Source: Mytilus edulis
Lineage: Eukaryota
Assembly: GCF_963676685.1 (NCBI RefSeq)
Contig: NC_092348.1
Coordinates: forward strand, 89,652,001 to 89,716,000
Reading direction: 5' to 3'
DNA: 64,000 nt
Numbering within the stretch: the stretch's first letter is position 1; the number at the start of each line of letters is the position of its first letter. Shown in pieces: positions 22,828-34,500 of this stretch. Below the pieces are notes generated by a model that was given only the letters and a program-made list of their open reading frames with translations, did no database searches and had not been told where the DNA came from. The position numbers and the translations under genes are program-made.

Positions 22828-25800
22828 TTATATGTTATCTTTATGTCCAAAGGCTCTCGTTGTCACACCATCATCTAAAATCCATCTTTTATCATCAAAA
22901 GGAACTAATGATTTTTTATTAATAGTTTTGGAATATAAAACATGGCTTTCGCTTCTTATAATATTCATTTCAGAACGTGTAACAGTTTTATCGAAAAGAC
23001 AATTTTTATACATTTCATGTTTAAGTTTTCTGGATGCAGTTTTTGTTACTCCTTTTGCAGTATGCTTTTCTCCACCTTCAAAAGAAAATGAATACATCTT
23101 CGATCTCAGTCCAACAAATTCACTTATTGGGGTTCCACTTGTTTCATCCTTGAATTTACCTATTACTTTTTTATTTTCGATATCATGTAAAAAATGTTCT
23201 GGTGGATAATCACTCGTATCATACATATCTTGATATTGATGCATATCTTCATACACATCTTCCGTTTCAACGTGATATAAAAAGCTATCAGTATCAGAAA
23301 AACACACACGAATTTTATCACCATACAGAGATTTCATATGGTTATAATGAAAATCGTACATCAAAAACTTGGATAAGTCTAAAATGCAAAAACCTACATA
23401 TATTGGTTGTTTCATTAAAACATTCACACGTTTTTTCGCTACTGCCACCAAATTTTCGTTAAATATTTTGCAAGATGCGTAGGATGGTTTCGCTGTTTCT
23501 TTATTAAGTTTCTCTTCCGTGTGACAAAGTTTTACATCTTTATGCTTGCGTGTATTGAGGAGAGTTCGACCAAAAATTGAATTATTCATCAGCTTATATA
23601 AACATTTTTCAAATTCATTCTTTGCATTTTTCCTTTTTTCTGTGTTAAAGTCTATATACTTCTTCAACCAGGGACATTGTTTAAACTTGAGTACTCTATG
23701 TATCTTTTTGATCTTCAATCCTAACTCTACGTATAGTTGTAAGTTTCTATAATGCACTATGTACTTTTCCTTGTCGTATAGGTTAGGAACGAGTTTTTCA
23801 ATCTTTGTTAAACATTGTTTTCCAGTTAAATTTTGCAATAATTCCTTTGAATACGGAGATAAATGTTCTACTTGAATATGCTTTCTTTCTGGAGCTAAGG
23901 GAAAATCCGAATGAGAAGAATGAAGTGACGAAGGATATTCAAGGTCAACTTCGAAAATGTATCCGTCTGAACCGTCAGCTTTTAATTTTGTGATATCTAA
24001 TTTTATTTTCTCCTCCTCGGTAAGCCAGTTGAAATGACCATACGGAAGACATTGAGACATGCTCCAACCATATAAATTATTTGCGTCTAAATAAGATAAA
24101 TAGGAAGTAGGTTCAGTTGGTTCATACGTATCGAATAAGTATGGATTGTTTGCTTTAGCATATCGATGAAAAATACTAGATACACCGCCTCGTATTCCCT
24201 TCTCTACAAACAGCATCATATCTATATCAGTGATTAAATCGAGTACAATTCCAGTTTTCTTCAGCATGGCACTCCAACTAAATCCGGGGGTGGTGAAATA
24301 ATGACAAGGATCCAAATCATAGTCGTGTAAAGAAATGTCTCTAAATTTTTCAAAAACATCTGCCAAAAGAGCTACATCCATTTTAAGATACACATCGGAG
24401 TATTCCCCCAATGTTTTTACTTTCAGTTTGTCCCACACTGTTTGCGCAAATTGATAATCTTCATCAGATATGTGAGTGTCTCCTAATTTGTTAAAAAAAT
24501 CTTCTTTGGATGGTAAACAAGGTTTTTCCAATTTCTGCTCGGTATCGACATAATCATAGGGGAATACTCCTTTTCGTAGCAATAGAGAAAATACATCTGG
24601 ATCCGGAAACGTTTTAGATAAGTAATTGAAATGTTTTTCTCCTTCGTCAGCCAGATTTTTTGTTAAAGTTGCCAGTGAACTGTTTAAAAATTGCAAAGAA
24701 TCGATAAAGCGGAGATTTCCTATAGAAAATGACATATATTTTTCTTTGTTGTGTGGAATAACAGTGATGTCTTGTTCCTTAAACTTTCCTATTTTACTCA
24801 TGATGAGATTTGCATCAAATCCTTTCAAATTATGAATAACAACAGGTATAAATTTCGGTATTTTGATCTGTAAATTGTAATTATTACAAGAAATGCCACG
24901 AATGAACCCAGTCACGTGATCGTGTTCCTTGACTTTGTAATTTTTGCTGCTGAAAGCTTTTTTACATACATAACATTTTTTGGCATATTTGTAGTCTAAT
25001 TTATCATACTCAGTTATTATCATTGGCTCGATGCGGCTAAGTATGTCTCTAATTTCTTTCTCCTCTTCAAGAAGATGACGGATAAAGTTCTCCACAACAT
25101 CAGGTCCACGGTATATGACGGGTGGTTTGTCGTATCGCTTATCAATTGACACTCTTTGATATCCAAAACTGTACGGTTCCATTTGTTGGTATGTAGTTGT
25201 ACTTGACATGTTTGGATTCGGATGACAAGTATCGACTTTCCTTGTTAAACACTCAAAATCAGCATAGATTACAAACGGAATTCGGGCGGTTTTCGCATAT
25301 TCTTTGAATTCCAGAACTTCTCCCTCCTTGGGAAGTGTAATTTTCTGAAAATCAAATTTTCCACAGTCTGCTTTATGCCTCTCTAGTTTGCATTTATCAG
25401 TAAATCCTTGCAAGCAAAGATAACAAAAAAAATGTTCCTCACGATGTTTCTTTGTCCTCGATAAAAACCTGTTAAAGTTGTTTATCAGTACATAATGACT
25501 TTTGTTGTTTTCTTTTAAATATAATATATTCACATGATGACAGAAGGTTTTCTTTGTGATGTATAACGGGTAGATTTCTCCTTCTTCGTATCCAAAAATG
25601 TTAACTGAAATAGTGGTATTCTGTTTTTCGAATTGTGATATTTGAGATAACGGAGTGGGATACTCGATACCAGTCATGTTAACTGAGTTAACAAATGGAA
25701 CATAATTCTCTACATTTTCTGGATTTTGTTGAAAGTTATGCATACTGGAAAGAACAGTCCATAAAAAACATTTGTTGTCCAAGTTCTGAATGTTGAGTAT

Positions 25801-26709
25801 ACAGTTCGATCTTTTGAGTGATGTTGGTAGTTCTAAATAACTACCTCCTTTTAATGGTTTGTACTTTGTGACGCACAGATCAAGTTGTAAAACCTCTTCA
25901 AGTTGCCATCCACTCCCATTCTTGATGAATTCTTCGAAAGAAATGAATATTTTTTGAAATCCTTTATTCAACTCGTGAGGTATTTCACTAGCACCAGATT
26001 GTAAAATGGTACTCACTTTAGTATTGAAATGCGGTTCAGCTTCGTCGTATTTGCCATCTGGTGAATATTTAATCATTCTTACATGTACACTCATATAAAA
26101 CTTTATATTGTTTTTAAGTAGTCTGTCCTCTAATATTTGCGCAATATCCACTTGTTTTTCTTTGAAAAATAACATCAAGTCATATCTTTCTTCATTGTTG
26201 CTGGGTTGTAATTGAATATTTTCCACACCATCGTTCAGAGCTGTTGCTGTTAACGATCTTTTCTCTCTTGCATTGCGTACTCGTTCCTCGGGAAGTTGGT
26301 CAACATCTTCTGTCCTCTGACGTTTACGGGGGGGTTGTACGTCGTCTTCCTTCTGTACGTTTTTCTTTACATCATGTTTTCTCTTCATATGTTTAGTTAA
26401 AACATCTTTTCTTTTCGTGGTGAAACCACAATGTTCACATTCATAGTTTATATTCGAATGGTTCTGTTGGTGTCGAATCAAATAAGCTTTTCTTGCATAC
26501 CTCATACCGCATGTTTGACACTCAAAATTTGATACATTATCTTCATCTGGAACACTGTCATATTTTCCCGTAGTAGTTTGATCAAATTGTTTTTCAGTTG
26601 GATTTTGCTGCTTAACTGATTGTAAGACTGTATTAAAGTCCTGCGCTGACAGTTGCTGTAACTTCTGTAACACATCATGTGGAATATCTTTTACCAGTTG
26701 GTCAATCAT
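22828..26709 (-). CDS. Protein-primed family B DNA polymerase (pPolB), intact, about 1293 aa
   Basis: Exo motifs YADFE, HNLKGFD, YLKMDV. Polymerase motifs YLDANNLYGWSM, KLMNNSIFG, SDTDS. N-terminal two C2H2 fingers, GSGW, DNKCFLW..HY, and an EndoVII-like insert. First ATG at 26709 (the track start 26730 is TTG). Confidence 0.97.
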   Translation of the reverse strand: MIDQLVKDIPHDVLQKLQQLSAQDFNTVLQSVKQQNPTEKQFDQTTTGKYDSVPDEDNVSNFECQTCGMRYARKAYLIRHQQNHSNINYECEHCGFTTKRKDVLTKHMKRKHDVKKNVQKEDDVQPPRKRQRTEDVDQLPEERVRNAREKRSLTATALNDGVENIQLQPSNNEERYDLMLFFKEKQVDIAQILEDRLLKNNIKFYMSVHVRMIKYSPDGKYDEAEPHFNTKVSTILQSGASEIPHELNKGFQKIFISFEEFIKNGSGWQLEEVLQLDLCVTKYKPLKGGSYLELPTSLKRSNCILNIQNLDNKCFLWTVLSSMHNFQQNPENVENYVPFVNSVNMTGIEYPTPLSQISQFEKQNTTISVNIFGYEEGEIYPLYITKKTFCHHVNILYLKENNKSHYVLINNFNRFLSRTKKHREEHFFCYLCLQGFTDKCKLERHKADCGKFDFQKITLPKEGEVLEFKEYAKTARIPFVIYADFECLTRKVDTCHPNPNMSSTTTYQQMEPYSFGYQRVSIDKRYDKPPVIYRGPDVVENFIRHLLEEEKEIRDILSRIEPMIITEYDKLDYKYAKKCYVCKKAFSSKNYKVKEHDHVTGFIRGISCNNYNLQIKIPKFIPVVIHNLKGFDANLIMSKIGKFKEQDITVIPHNKEKYMSFSIGNLRFIDSLQFLNSSLATLTKNLADEGEKHFNYLSKTFPDPDVFSLLLRKGVFPYDYVDTEQKLEKPCLPSKEDFFNKLGDTHISDEDYQFAQTVWDKLKVKTLGEYSDVYLKMDVALLADVFEKFRDISLHDYDLDPCHYFTTPGFSWSAMLKKTGIVLDLITDIDMMLFVEKGIRGGVSSIFHRYAKANNPYLFDTYEPTEPTSYLSYLDANNLYGWSMSQCLPYGHFNWLTEEEKIKLDITKLKADGSDGYIFEVDLEYPSSLHSSHSDFPLAPERKHIQVEHLSPYSKELLQNLTGKQCLTKIEKLVPNLYDKEKYIVHYRNLQLYVELGLKIKKIHRVLKFKQCPWLKKYIDFNTEKRKNAKNEFEKCLYKLMNNSIFGRTLLNTRKHKDVKLCHTEEKLNKETAKPSYASCKIFNENLVAVAKKRVNVLMKQPIYVGFCILDLSKFLMYDFHYNHMKSLYGDKIRVCFSDTDSFLYHVETEDVYEDMHQYQDMYDTSDYPPEHFLHDIENKKVIGKFKDETSGTPISEFVGLRSKMYSFSFEGGEKHTAKGVTKTASRKLKHEMYKNCLFDKTVTRSEMNIIRSESHVLYSKTINKKSLVPFDDKRWILDDGVTTRAFGHKDNI

Positions 26710-26734
26710 ATGTTGGTTAAAATTTTCCAACTTG

Positions 26735-26772
26735 AATGAATGATTGAAACTAGTTCACATTGAATTATATAC
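26735..26772 (-). promoter_or_regulatory. Candidate TATA/Inr promoter of pPolB just inside the right TIR
   Basis: Minus strand GTATATAATT, with TCATTCATT about 25-30 nt downstream, ahead of ATG 26709. Confidence 0.45.
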
Positions 26773-26783
26773 TAAGGGGTTTA

Positions 26784-27215
26784 AACGTGGATGTATCAAC
26801 GTGTATGCCACGTTTACAAGATCTTACGTAGGAGGGTAGGGGGGGATTAAAAAACATGTCCGTTAATTTTTTCCCCCACCGGATTTTAACCAGGATGTTA
26901 AGTACAAGTTAAGAAGATTAAGAGATTAATCCACTTCAGTTAAGAGGATTATAACCAGGATGTTAGGTAGCAGTTAAGAGGATTAGGAGATTAATCCACT
27001 TCAGTTAAGAGGATTATAACCAGGATGTTAAGTAGCAGTTAAGAGGATTAAGAGATTAACCCACTTCAGTTAAGAGGATTATAACCCGGATGTTAAGTAG
27101 CAGTTAAGAGGATTAAGAGATTATAGACCGGATTTAACGTCATAGTTAAGAGGATTAGCTGTGACGTGGCTTCCGGTGGGTTTTTGGTGGGTGACTGACC
27201 CCATTTCATACTACT
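26784..27215 (-). repeat. Polinton right TIR
   Basis: Inverted copy of the left TIR, including the 65-bp array. Confidence 0.95.
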
Positions 27216-27793
27216 TAGTTAGCAATGCATGTTGAATGATACAGTGCCTTGTCCTTGAAGTTCTCCATAGATAGTAAACTTACCATTTGATAGTCAAACT
27301 TGTCTTTTGCTGCATTTAATATATTATCAGCACGTTCAACAGACTCGACTCGCCTTAATTGCTTATCTCGCTTGTAGGACTTTTGTTTACAGAACAAACA
27401 TTTAGACCAGTCTGATTGTAATACCGTTGAGCGTGTTTTAACACAAGTTGGTTCAAACACAGAATGGTTTGCACTCGATGTTGAGCATACTTCTTTCCCT
27501 ATTTGAAATGTTTCCAAGTTTTTTTTACTTGTATATGCTTTATAACACGACCTATGATATTTTATTTGTTCTAATGGAATCACTTTCGTTGACTCAAATT
27601 CATTATAAAGGCGGTGATAAACAATACCCTGTCTGACATCTATTGCGTCTAAAAGAGTAGTCTTCCCCTTTTCTGTTGCATTTGACAAATTTTCATAAGT
27701 AGATATTTGGCAAATAACGCATAATTCCCAATTACTATTAAGCCTAATCCTTTTTGGAACTGAGTGAGCAAACTTAACAGGACTCGTGTCCAT
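27216..27793 (-). pseudogene. Academ polyprotein N-terminus, cut off by the Polinton insertion
   Basis: Two WxxCxxC..YHxxC zinc-binding units. Removing 14094-27221 restores the continuous frame YHSTCIAN-Y-MLNWKREP. Confidence 0.9.
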
Positions 27794-28715
27794 TATTTTC
27801 CGGGTTATTTCGGGGGTGTACCAATTTGGTTTAAAATTAGTTTATTCAACAAAATCAACAAGAAATAAAACAACTAAAAAACACTAACACATAAAATCTG
27901 TATACTCAGTCAAAAACTATACATTGACATTGATATGAATATGTCTTACTATAGATGAAATTAAAGAAAATACACAGTTTTATTCTCTGAGGAAAAAACA
28001 GCAAATCATAAGTCAGGGGAAAATATGAAAAGGGAAAGCAACAAGACTTAATGAGGTGAAAATCAAATAGTAAAACTGCTAAATGATAAGTATTATAAAA
28101 CGGCCCGAAAAACTTAATTTGCATGCTTTTTCGAAATTGTATGCATTAAAACTTCTTGCATATTGATTATTATATTGTTTTTTGTCAAAATGTACCACTG
28201 ATGATATATATTAGAAATGTTATATACTTTGTCAGACGGTAACATTGAAAAAAAATGACATAAATATTTGAAAATCGTCCAATTCACTTAATTTATATGT
28301 TCATATGATAAGAAAGTTTGATATCAAATTAAAGCTGATACATTACTCTTTCATCTGATAACAACTTTTGTGATGATATCTTCATTCGGGAATTAGTTAT
28401 AAACATTCCCGTTTTTGAAAATGAAAAAGAAAAAAATCGGAAAGTCACACTTTATCGCAATTTTACAAAAAACTGCACCTCGGGAAAACTCTACGACAGG
28501 GCTAAAATGAAAGTATAATGTTAACTCTATCTTCATGTGCATTTTCAGCCGTGAGGTATTTCGGTGCATTAAACTCCTTAACTAAGCGACTTTTCCTGAT
28601 TTGTCACTCCACTATAAAGAATAACTCTGAATCAAATAAAAAATTCTCTGAAATCGATATTACCAAGATGCTTGATTTTTTTTTATTACAAAATATTTGG
28701 GACGTTTGGATCGTG

Positions 28716-29915
28716 TATTAGAGTGACCAAGCCAACAATTTTTCAACTTTAATGGACTACCCTACCTGCAGGCTAAATTATGACTTTTTGGAAAGAGAAA
28801 TGCTTATTATTTAATTTTTGCCTGGTCGTAGAATTGAAATATGGTGCATTTTTTTTTTAATAAAGTCAAAGGTTAGTGATTGAGTTTTTCATAGTGTCAA
28901 TTTATTTAAGATGGCGTTCTAAAAAGTCTCCAAAAAATATTTAAACTGTTACTAAACAAGAAATTCATAATGAATTGAACTGTGACACTTCATTTCAGCT
29001 TAATATGAAAATAACGAAACGACCAAATGCACATTTTAAAGGGAATTAAGACTAGCAACAAAATGGAAGATTACTCGAATCTCAATTCATTTTTTTTTTA
29101 CATCGCATGAACTTCTAAAGATATATTTCTGAATTTTATTGCATTTATAAAAAGAATCGAAGTCAATTTGGATTTTGCTTTGCCAGTCACAAATATTTAA
29201 CAAGGCAATTAGAACAAATGAGTTTATTGAAGGACTAAAGTTACAGCGTTCATTCTAGCTCTATGAACTTTTTAGGTTTTATGTGCTTTTGCCTTACATA
29301 AAGCACACATGGACACCTTAGAAAGAGTGGTTGTATGGGTGTTTTTTTTAACAAAGGGCATGAAAACTTTCGAAAACCTGACCGATCAGTCATCGTTTTC
29401 ATCGTCGTCTTCTTCCAATATTGCTCGGTGATTTAAATAATTTCTACAACCATCAGACCCTTCACATGAACAAATATTAGTATACGCGGATTTCTGTCAG
29501 TTGCATACACGGTTGTTATTGCAAGCTGTTTTCCCTTGTCCGTATACGTACAAACAAGGTCTGGAAGGAAATCTACTGACATAGGTTCCTAAAGGAAACC
29601 CGAGAGCAAACCTTTTTGACCCTCCTACCAACCAGAGTCTTTGGAAAGTAAATGAAGTATGATCACTGGTTTAGCAATATGAGAGTTTAACCAAACTTCC
29701 GTGGGATGTGCTGTAAAAACGTGTTTTCAAATGGGGGAATTTTCACAAGACTTGCATCCTTTGTGGCGGTAAACTCCACCGTAGCTTGTTTAGATCATCA
29801 TGAAGATACCTGAACTTTCCCTTCGGATCATACAATGAGGCGATAAATGCACTTCCAATGTTAACGGCGATTCCTAATGTCCCGTTTGAAAACTTTTCGG
29901 ATTTGGCACAATTTT
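28716..29915 (-). mobile_element. Second, older degenerate Academ relic (3' terminus and C-terminal coding remnant)
   Basis: 28716-28870 resembles the TIR at 8705 (TTTAATG..TACC..GGCTAA; GTCGTAGAAT..TGGTGCA). 29390-29910 encodes decayed FIASLYDPKGK..DLNKLR and a CXC tail homologous to 9838-10330. Confidence 0.8.
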
Positions 29916-30064
29916 TTTTGGAAATTTTGTCCTCAATGCTCTTCAACTTTATACTTGCTTGGCTTTCTAACTATTTTGATATGAGCGTCACTGTTTTGTC
30001 TTATGTAGAAGAAACGCGCGTGTGGCGTATCAAGTTATAAAAGCCATGTACCTTTGATACACTA

Positions 30065-30900
30065 GTGTGTACTTTCCGCTATATAGATGATGTTCTCTCA
30101 TTAAATAGTTCAAAATATGGTGATTATGTTGAATGCATCTATCCTATCGAACAAGAGATAAAGGATACAGCTAAGTCTGCTTCATATCTTGACTTTCCTC
30201 TAGAAATTGATAATGAGGGTCGGTTGAAAAAAAAACTTTATGGTAAAAGAGATGATTTTAGCTTCCCAATTGTGAACTTTCCATTTCTATGTAGCAACAT
30301 TCCAACAGCGCTTGCGTTCGGGATATATATCTCCCAATTGATACGCTATTCCCAGGCTTGTATTTCCTTTCATGATTTCCTTGATAGAGGATTGCTGCTC
30401 ACAAGGAAGCTATTAAAGCAAGAGTTCCAAATGGTGAAGTTTAAATCATCCCTTCGTAATTTTTACGGACGCCATTACGAGTTGGTTGACCGTTATTGAA
30501 TTACTGTTTCACAGATGATATCGGATATGTTTCTTATGTCTTTAAAACTACAATCCCCTTCCCTTTTCACGAATGTGGCCTACCAAATTATACTATTTAC
30601 CTGGTAACACATAACCTGCTCCACATGTGGCATCCTTCGTGTTTCTCATGTTATCTTGTAATATCATGAGCAACACGAAGGATGCCACATGTGGAGCAGG
30701 ATCTGCTTACCCTTCCGGTGCACCTGAGATCACCCCCAGTTTTTTATGGGGTTCGTGTTGCTTAGTCTTATTTTTATATATTGTGTTTGATGTACTATCA
30801 TCTATATGTCTGTTTGTCTTTGTCTTATTTAGACATGGCGTTGTCAGTTTACTTTCGATCTATAAGTTTGACTGTCCCTCTTGTATCTTTTGCCCCTCTT
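30065..30900 (+). mobile_element. Penelope-like retroelement fragment (RT C-terminus/thumb plus downstream repeat)
   Basis: FRYIDDVLSLN, SASYLD, KRDDFSFPIVNFPFLCSNIP, YISQLIRY. Confidence 0.85.
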
Positions 30901-31575
30901 TTAGACTGGTGTTTTTACATTAAGCTTGTCTTAATGCTTGATGATCATTTTTGTTGAATCGAATTTTGTCCGACTAATTCAATTCTCAAAATGATAATAA
31001 AAAAATAAGTTAAAACTGATTTAGGAGCAAGACATCATGTTGGGAGAAGATTGACGATTTCAATACAGAATGATGTTGAAACGAAGGTTACAACTCCTTC
31101 AAGTAAAGTTGCCCTTATTGTTATCTTGTCCGCAAAAGCTTCATTGATTTTAACATATAATCGCATCGATATATATATCAACATTCTAAAAAATAGTTTC
31201 CAAATGGGTTTGTCTCGAGCATACCGAATGTAGATTGCGCTATGAAATTCATGTAATACATTGTAGAGATTTGTAGCTGTAATGTGTTTTTACATTTGAT
31301 GATCTTCACTGTTAATAGTAAGGACATATTTAACTGTGTAAATCGGATACAATGAATATACAATTTTGCTGCATTTTATACTGTGATTTTATTTTAAGCA
31401 TTTTATTAGATTTTATACTGTCACAATGGAGTTATATATTTTTTTTTTAATTTGATTTCCAAAACATATTGAAGATAATTTTGAAAGTGTAACGACGAGT
31501 TGAAGATAATTTTGAAACTGTTACATAGGTCATATCCATTATTTGTCTGTTTCTGCCATATTCCATCACTCTGCT

Positions 31576-34500
31576 TTAAAGACACTGTATTATATTCGTA
31601 TATATCAAATACATGAGTGTGATCAGTAAAGTCTGTTGGTTACATCGACTTGCTTCATTTGTCCCTGAAATAATATTTACAAAACGTTAAAACGAGGCAT
31701 TGTACGTACAGAGAGTGCAAAAGAAAAACAAACCTGAGGGTACGGTAGGTGTCCTGTTGCAAGGCAAAATGTCTGTCTCTTTCAAAAATACTCTTATTTT
31801 CTAAATGCAATTTAAATTTCCCCAAATTTCATGCCATACGGTCTCTATAACTATGATAAATCAATCAATCTACAGGAGAGAATAATGTTCAAACATGTTG
31901 CATAGCATGTTTATACAATAATCGCATGCCGCTGATAATAGTGTGCTAGACACGTTTTTCTTGCAATAATCTCCATCAAGTACACGCAAGACCGAACGTT
32001 TAGTTTCAACTAAATACCTAAAGAGTACGTAGATTTTGAACAGGAACTGCTAACTGCACTTGAGTTCACCCCATGTGCCTTTTGCTTAGTTTTCAGTTTT
32101 CTTACATGATTTGTTGAGACGTGTTTATCTTTTCGTGGCTTTCGAATTTTGTCTTAGCGTTGTCATTTTCTTTCATCTTTTTAGATTTTAATTTTCCCTT
32201 GGTATCGTCCGCGTATTTAAATATTTTTTTACATGCAGCTATGAATGCAAGACAAACATATTTCTTCTACTAACGAATTTGATTATCATTGCGTCAGTTT
32301 AAAGTAAAATAACAAAAATAACGAACTCCGAGGTATAAACTCTATACGTAAAGAAAGTCCTTAAGCAAACGGCAAAATCAAACGCTCAAGCACATCAAAT
32401 GAATGGATAACATATTCTTGACTTGGTAAAAACATTTTCTTACGTTTGTATCATTATTTCACTTACCTTGATAAGGATCTGACAACTGGTTTATTGTCAT
32501 AGTAAGAACGTCAGCAGTTTTACCAAGGAATTTAAGATTGTCGTCAGAAAGAATCATCGATGCATCGTCGCATGGGCTGTGATAGCACGCTGCCATTACA
32601 CCTCGGTAATTATCTGAAGTTGACAATCATAGAATTTTCTTATCAACTCGTTCGTGTTGATGATATTTACTACATTGATCTCTTATTTTTAGTGTCATAC
32701 ATGAGCGAAATTTTTTTTTTGTAATATTAACGTGTTTACTTTCTTGTTGGCGTCACTAGCAAGTTTGTTACAGATATTTCCCAGTTGACAAAAAAATTAG
32801 AAACTATTTTGTTACTTATTTTCAAGAACTAAATCCACGTATGATAAGCATTTTAGATCAGTTTTTATTCTGTAGTAAGTCACCACTTCGGTGTTGACAT
32901 GTATATCAATTATATGGTTAATTCTATAAATTAACTGTTTGTAAAATGTTTAAATACTAAGGATTTTCTTATCCCAGGCAGACAAACTCAGGCGTATTTG
33001 GCACAACTTTTTGGAATTTTGGGTCATCAATGCTATTTGTTTGTTTGGCTTTTTTCACTATTTAAACCTGAGCGTCACTGATAAGTCTTATGTTTGTTCT
33101 GACTGGTCTTCAATTCTTATTTGTATTGTAGTCCTGTCATGTAATATTGTCATTTTAGTGTTATATTTAACATTGCCATAAAACGGGAGGTTTGGCTAGC
33201 CATAATTCTAGGATCAACCTACCATTTTTCTTAAAATATTCTGTACCAAGTCGGGAGAATGGCAGTTGTTATCTTATAGTTCGTTTCTGTGTGTGTTGCA
33301 TTGTCGTCTTTTTTGTTGCACTTTATTGTTACTGTTGTTTCTTTGTCTTCCTCTTATACTTGATGTGTTTCCTTCAGTTAAGGTTTGTGAACCGGATTTT
33401 TTTTATCTCTCAATCGATTAATAGCTTTCGAACAGCGGTATACTACTGTTGCTTTTTTTAGTCGTCTATAATATACTTATCTTTAAATATATTGTTATTT
33501 CAAACATAGAGTCAATACACCTTATCGCTATTTGTCCGCTATTACTGGACTTCACAAAAGTTCCCGTAAAATGTTGACGTCATAATAGAAAATATCTGAC
33601 GTTATAATAGAAAAGTGATTGTTGTATGACGTCAAAGGTTCAAGCAGAACAGATTTTCGAAATAGCGATAAGGTGTATTAGATATCCCTACCGTCCCCTC
33701 CCACAAAAAAATCGAATATCCACGAATAAAAAACCATAGAGTAAAACTAAACAACTTACAAGTATCTGTCAGATATATAGCTGGTACTTCGTAATCCCAG
33801 AAACTCGCATGATCACTTTTCATAAAATATCGATAATTCAACTGCTGTTTCTCTGGTAATTCGCTGTATTCCTCAAACGGCAGAGGGAAAGTTTCCAGTT
33901 CAAACTGTTCTCTGTTTGCCTCTTTCCACTTTGCTTTAAACATGTTTGCCAGTACCAAATCTGAAGTTGGATTTCTATAAACCATAGCTAAGAAGTCTCC
34001 TTTGTAATTGTCTTCCGATACACTGGAAAATGTTTCTGGAAACTAAATGATATAGTTCAAAGTTATAAACATTTCATTAGTGGCAATTTCATGATCTCGA
34101 ATTCCCAATAAATACAAGATAATTCAAAGGAAAAGGAAAAACAAGATTTAAGACACTTTTTCTTGACGGTTTACTTGATGATATTTGACTACAAAACTCA
34201 CAACTTACAAGAAGCCTATTAAAACAGTTCATAATGTAAATGGATTGAAATGAGATACAAGATTTGAAAATATTTACAAGCATTTGAAGTATAACACAAT
34301 AATTAGATTTGTGTCATTATAAATTTCAAAGATAGCTATGTTTCATTTGCACGAAATAAAAAGATTGGTTTGATGTGTTTGAGCTCTTGATTTTGCCACT
34401 TGATTAGGATTTATATCTAGAAATTGACTATGCGGGTCGGTTGAAAACAAAACTTTACGACAAAAGAGTGAAGCATTGGGAAGCTGAAATCCTCACATCG

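Larger units (their letters stand above)
14094..27215. mobile_element. Polinton/Maverick (adintovirus-like) endogenous virus, full length, 13122 bp
   Basis: Termini AGTAGTATGAAATGGGG ... CCCCATTTCATACTACT. 6-bp TSD TAGTTA at 14088-14093 and 27216-27221. Encodes pPolB, integrase, ATPase, major and minor capsid proteins. Confidence 0.97.
8705..28614 (-). mobile_element. Academ (XPG-type, AcademX) DNA transposon, about 6.8 kb when the nested Polinton is removed
   Basis: Termini TAGTACGGTGACAA ... TTGTCACTCCACTA. 3-bp TSD TAA at 8702-8704 and 28615-28617. Imperfect TIRs of about 150 bp with an exact inverted core TTTAATGCACCGAAATACCTCACGGCT. One large ORF with DDE, XPG/FEN1-like and Cys-rich domains. 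Confidence 0.88.

Noticed and set aside
22817-24835. Plus-strand ORFs as possible protease candidates
   Set aside because: Antisense shadows of pPolB; no adenain His/Cys motifs.
30065-30499. Reverse transcriptase as part of the Polinton/Academ system
   Set aside because: It lies outside both TSD-defined elements, is truncated, and belongs to a family scattered through the window.
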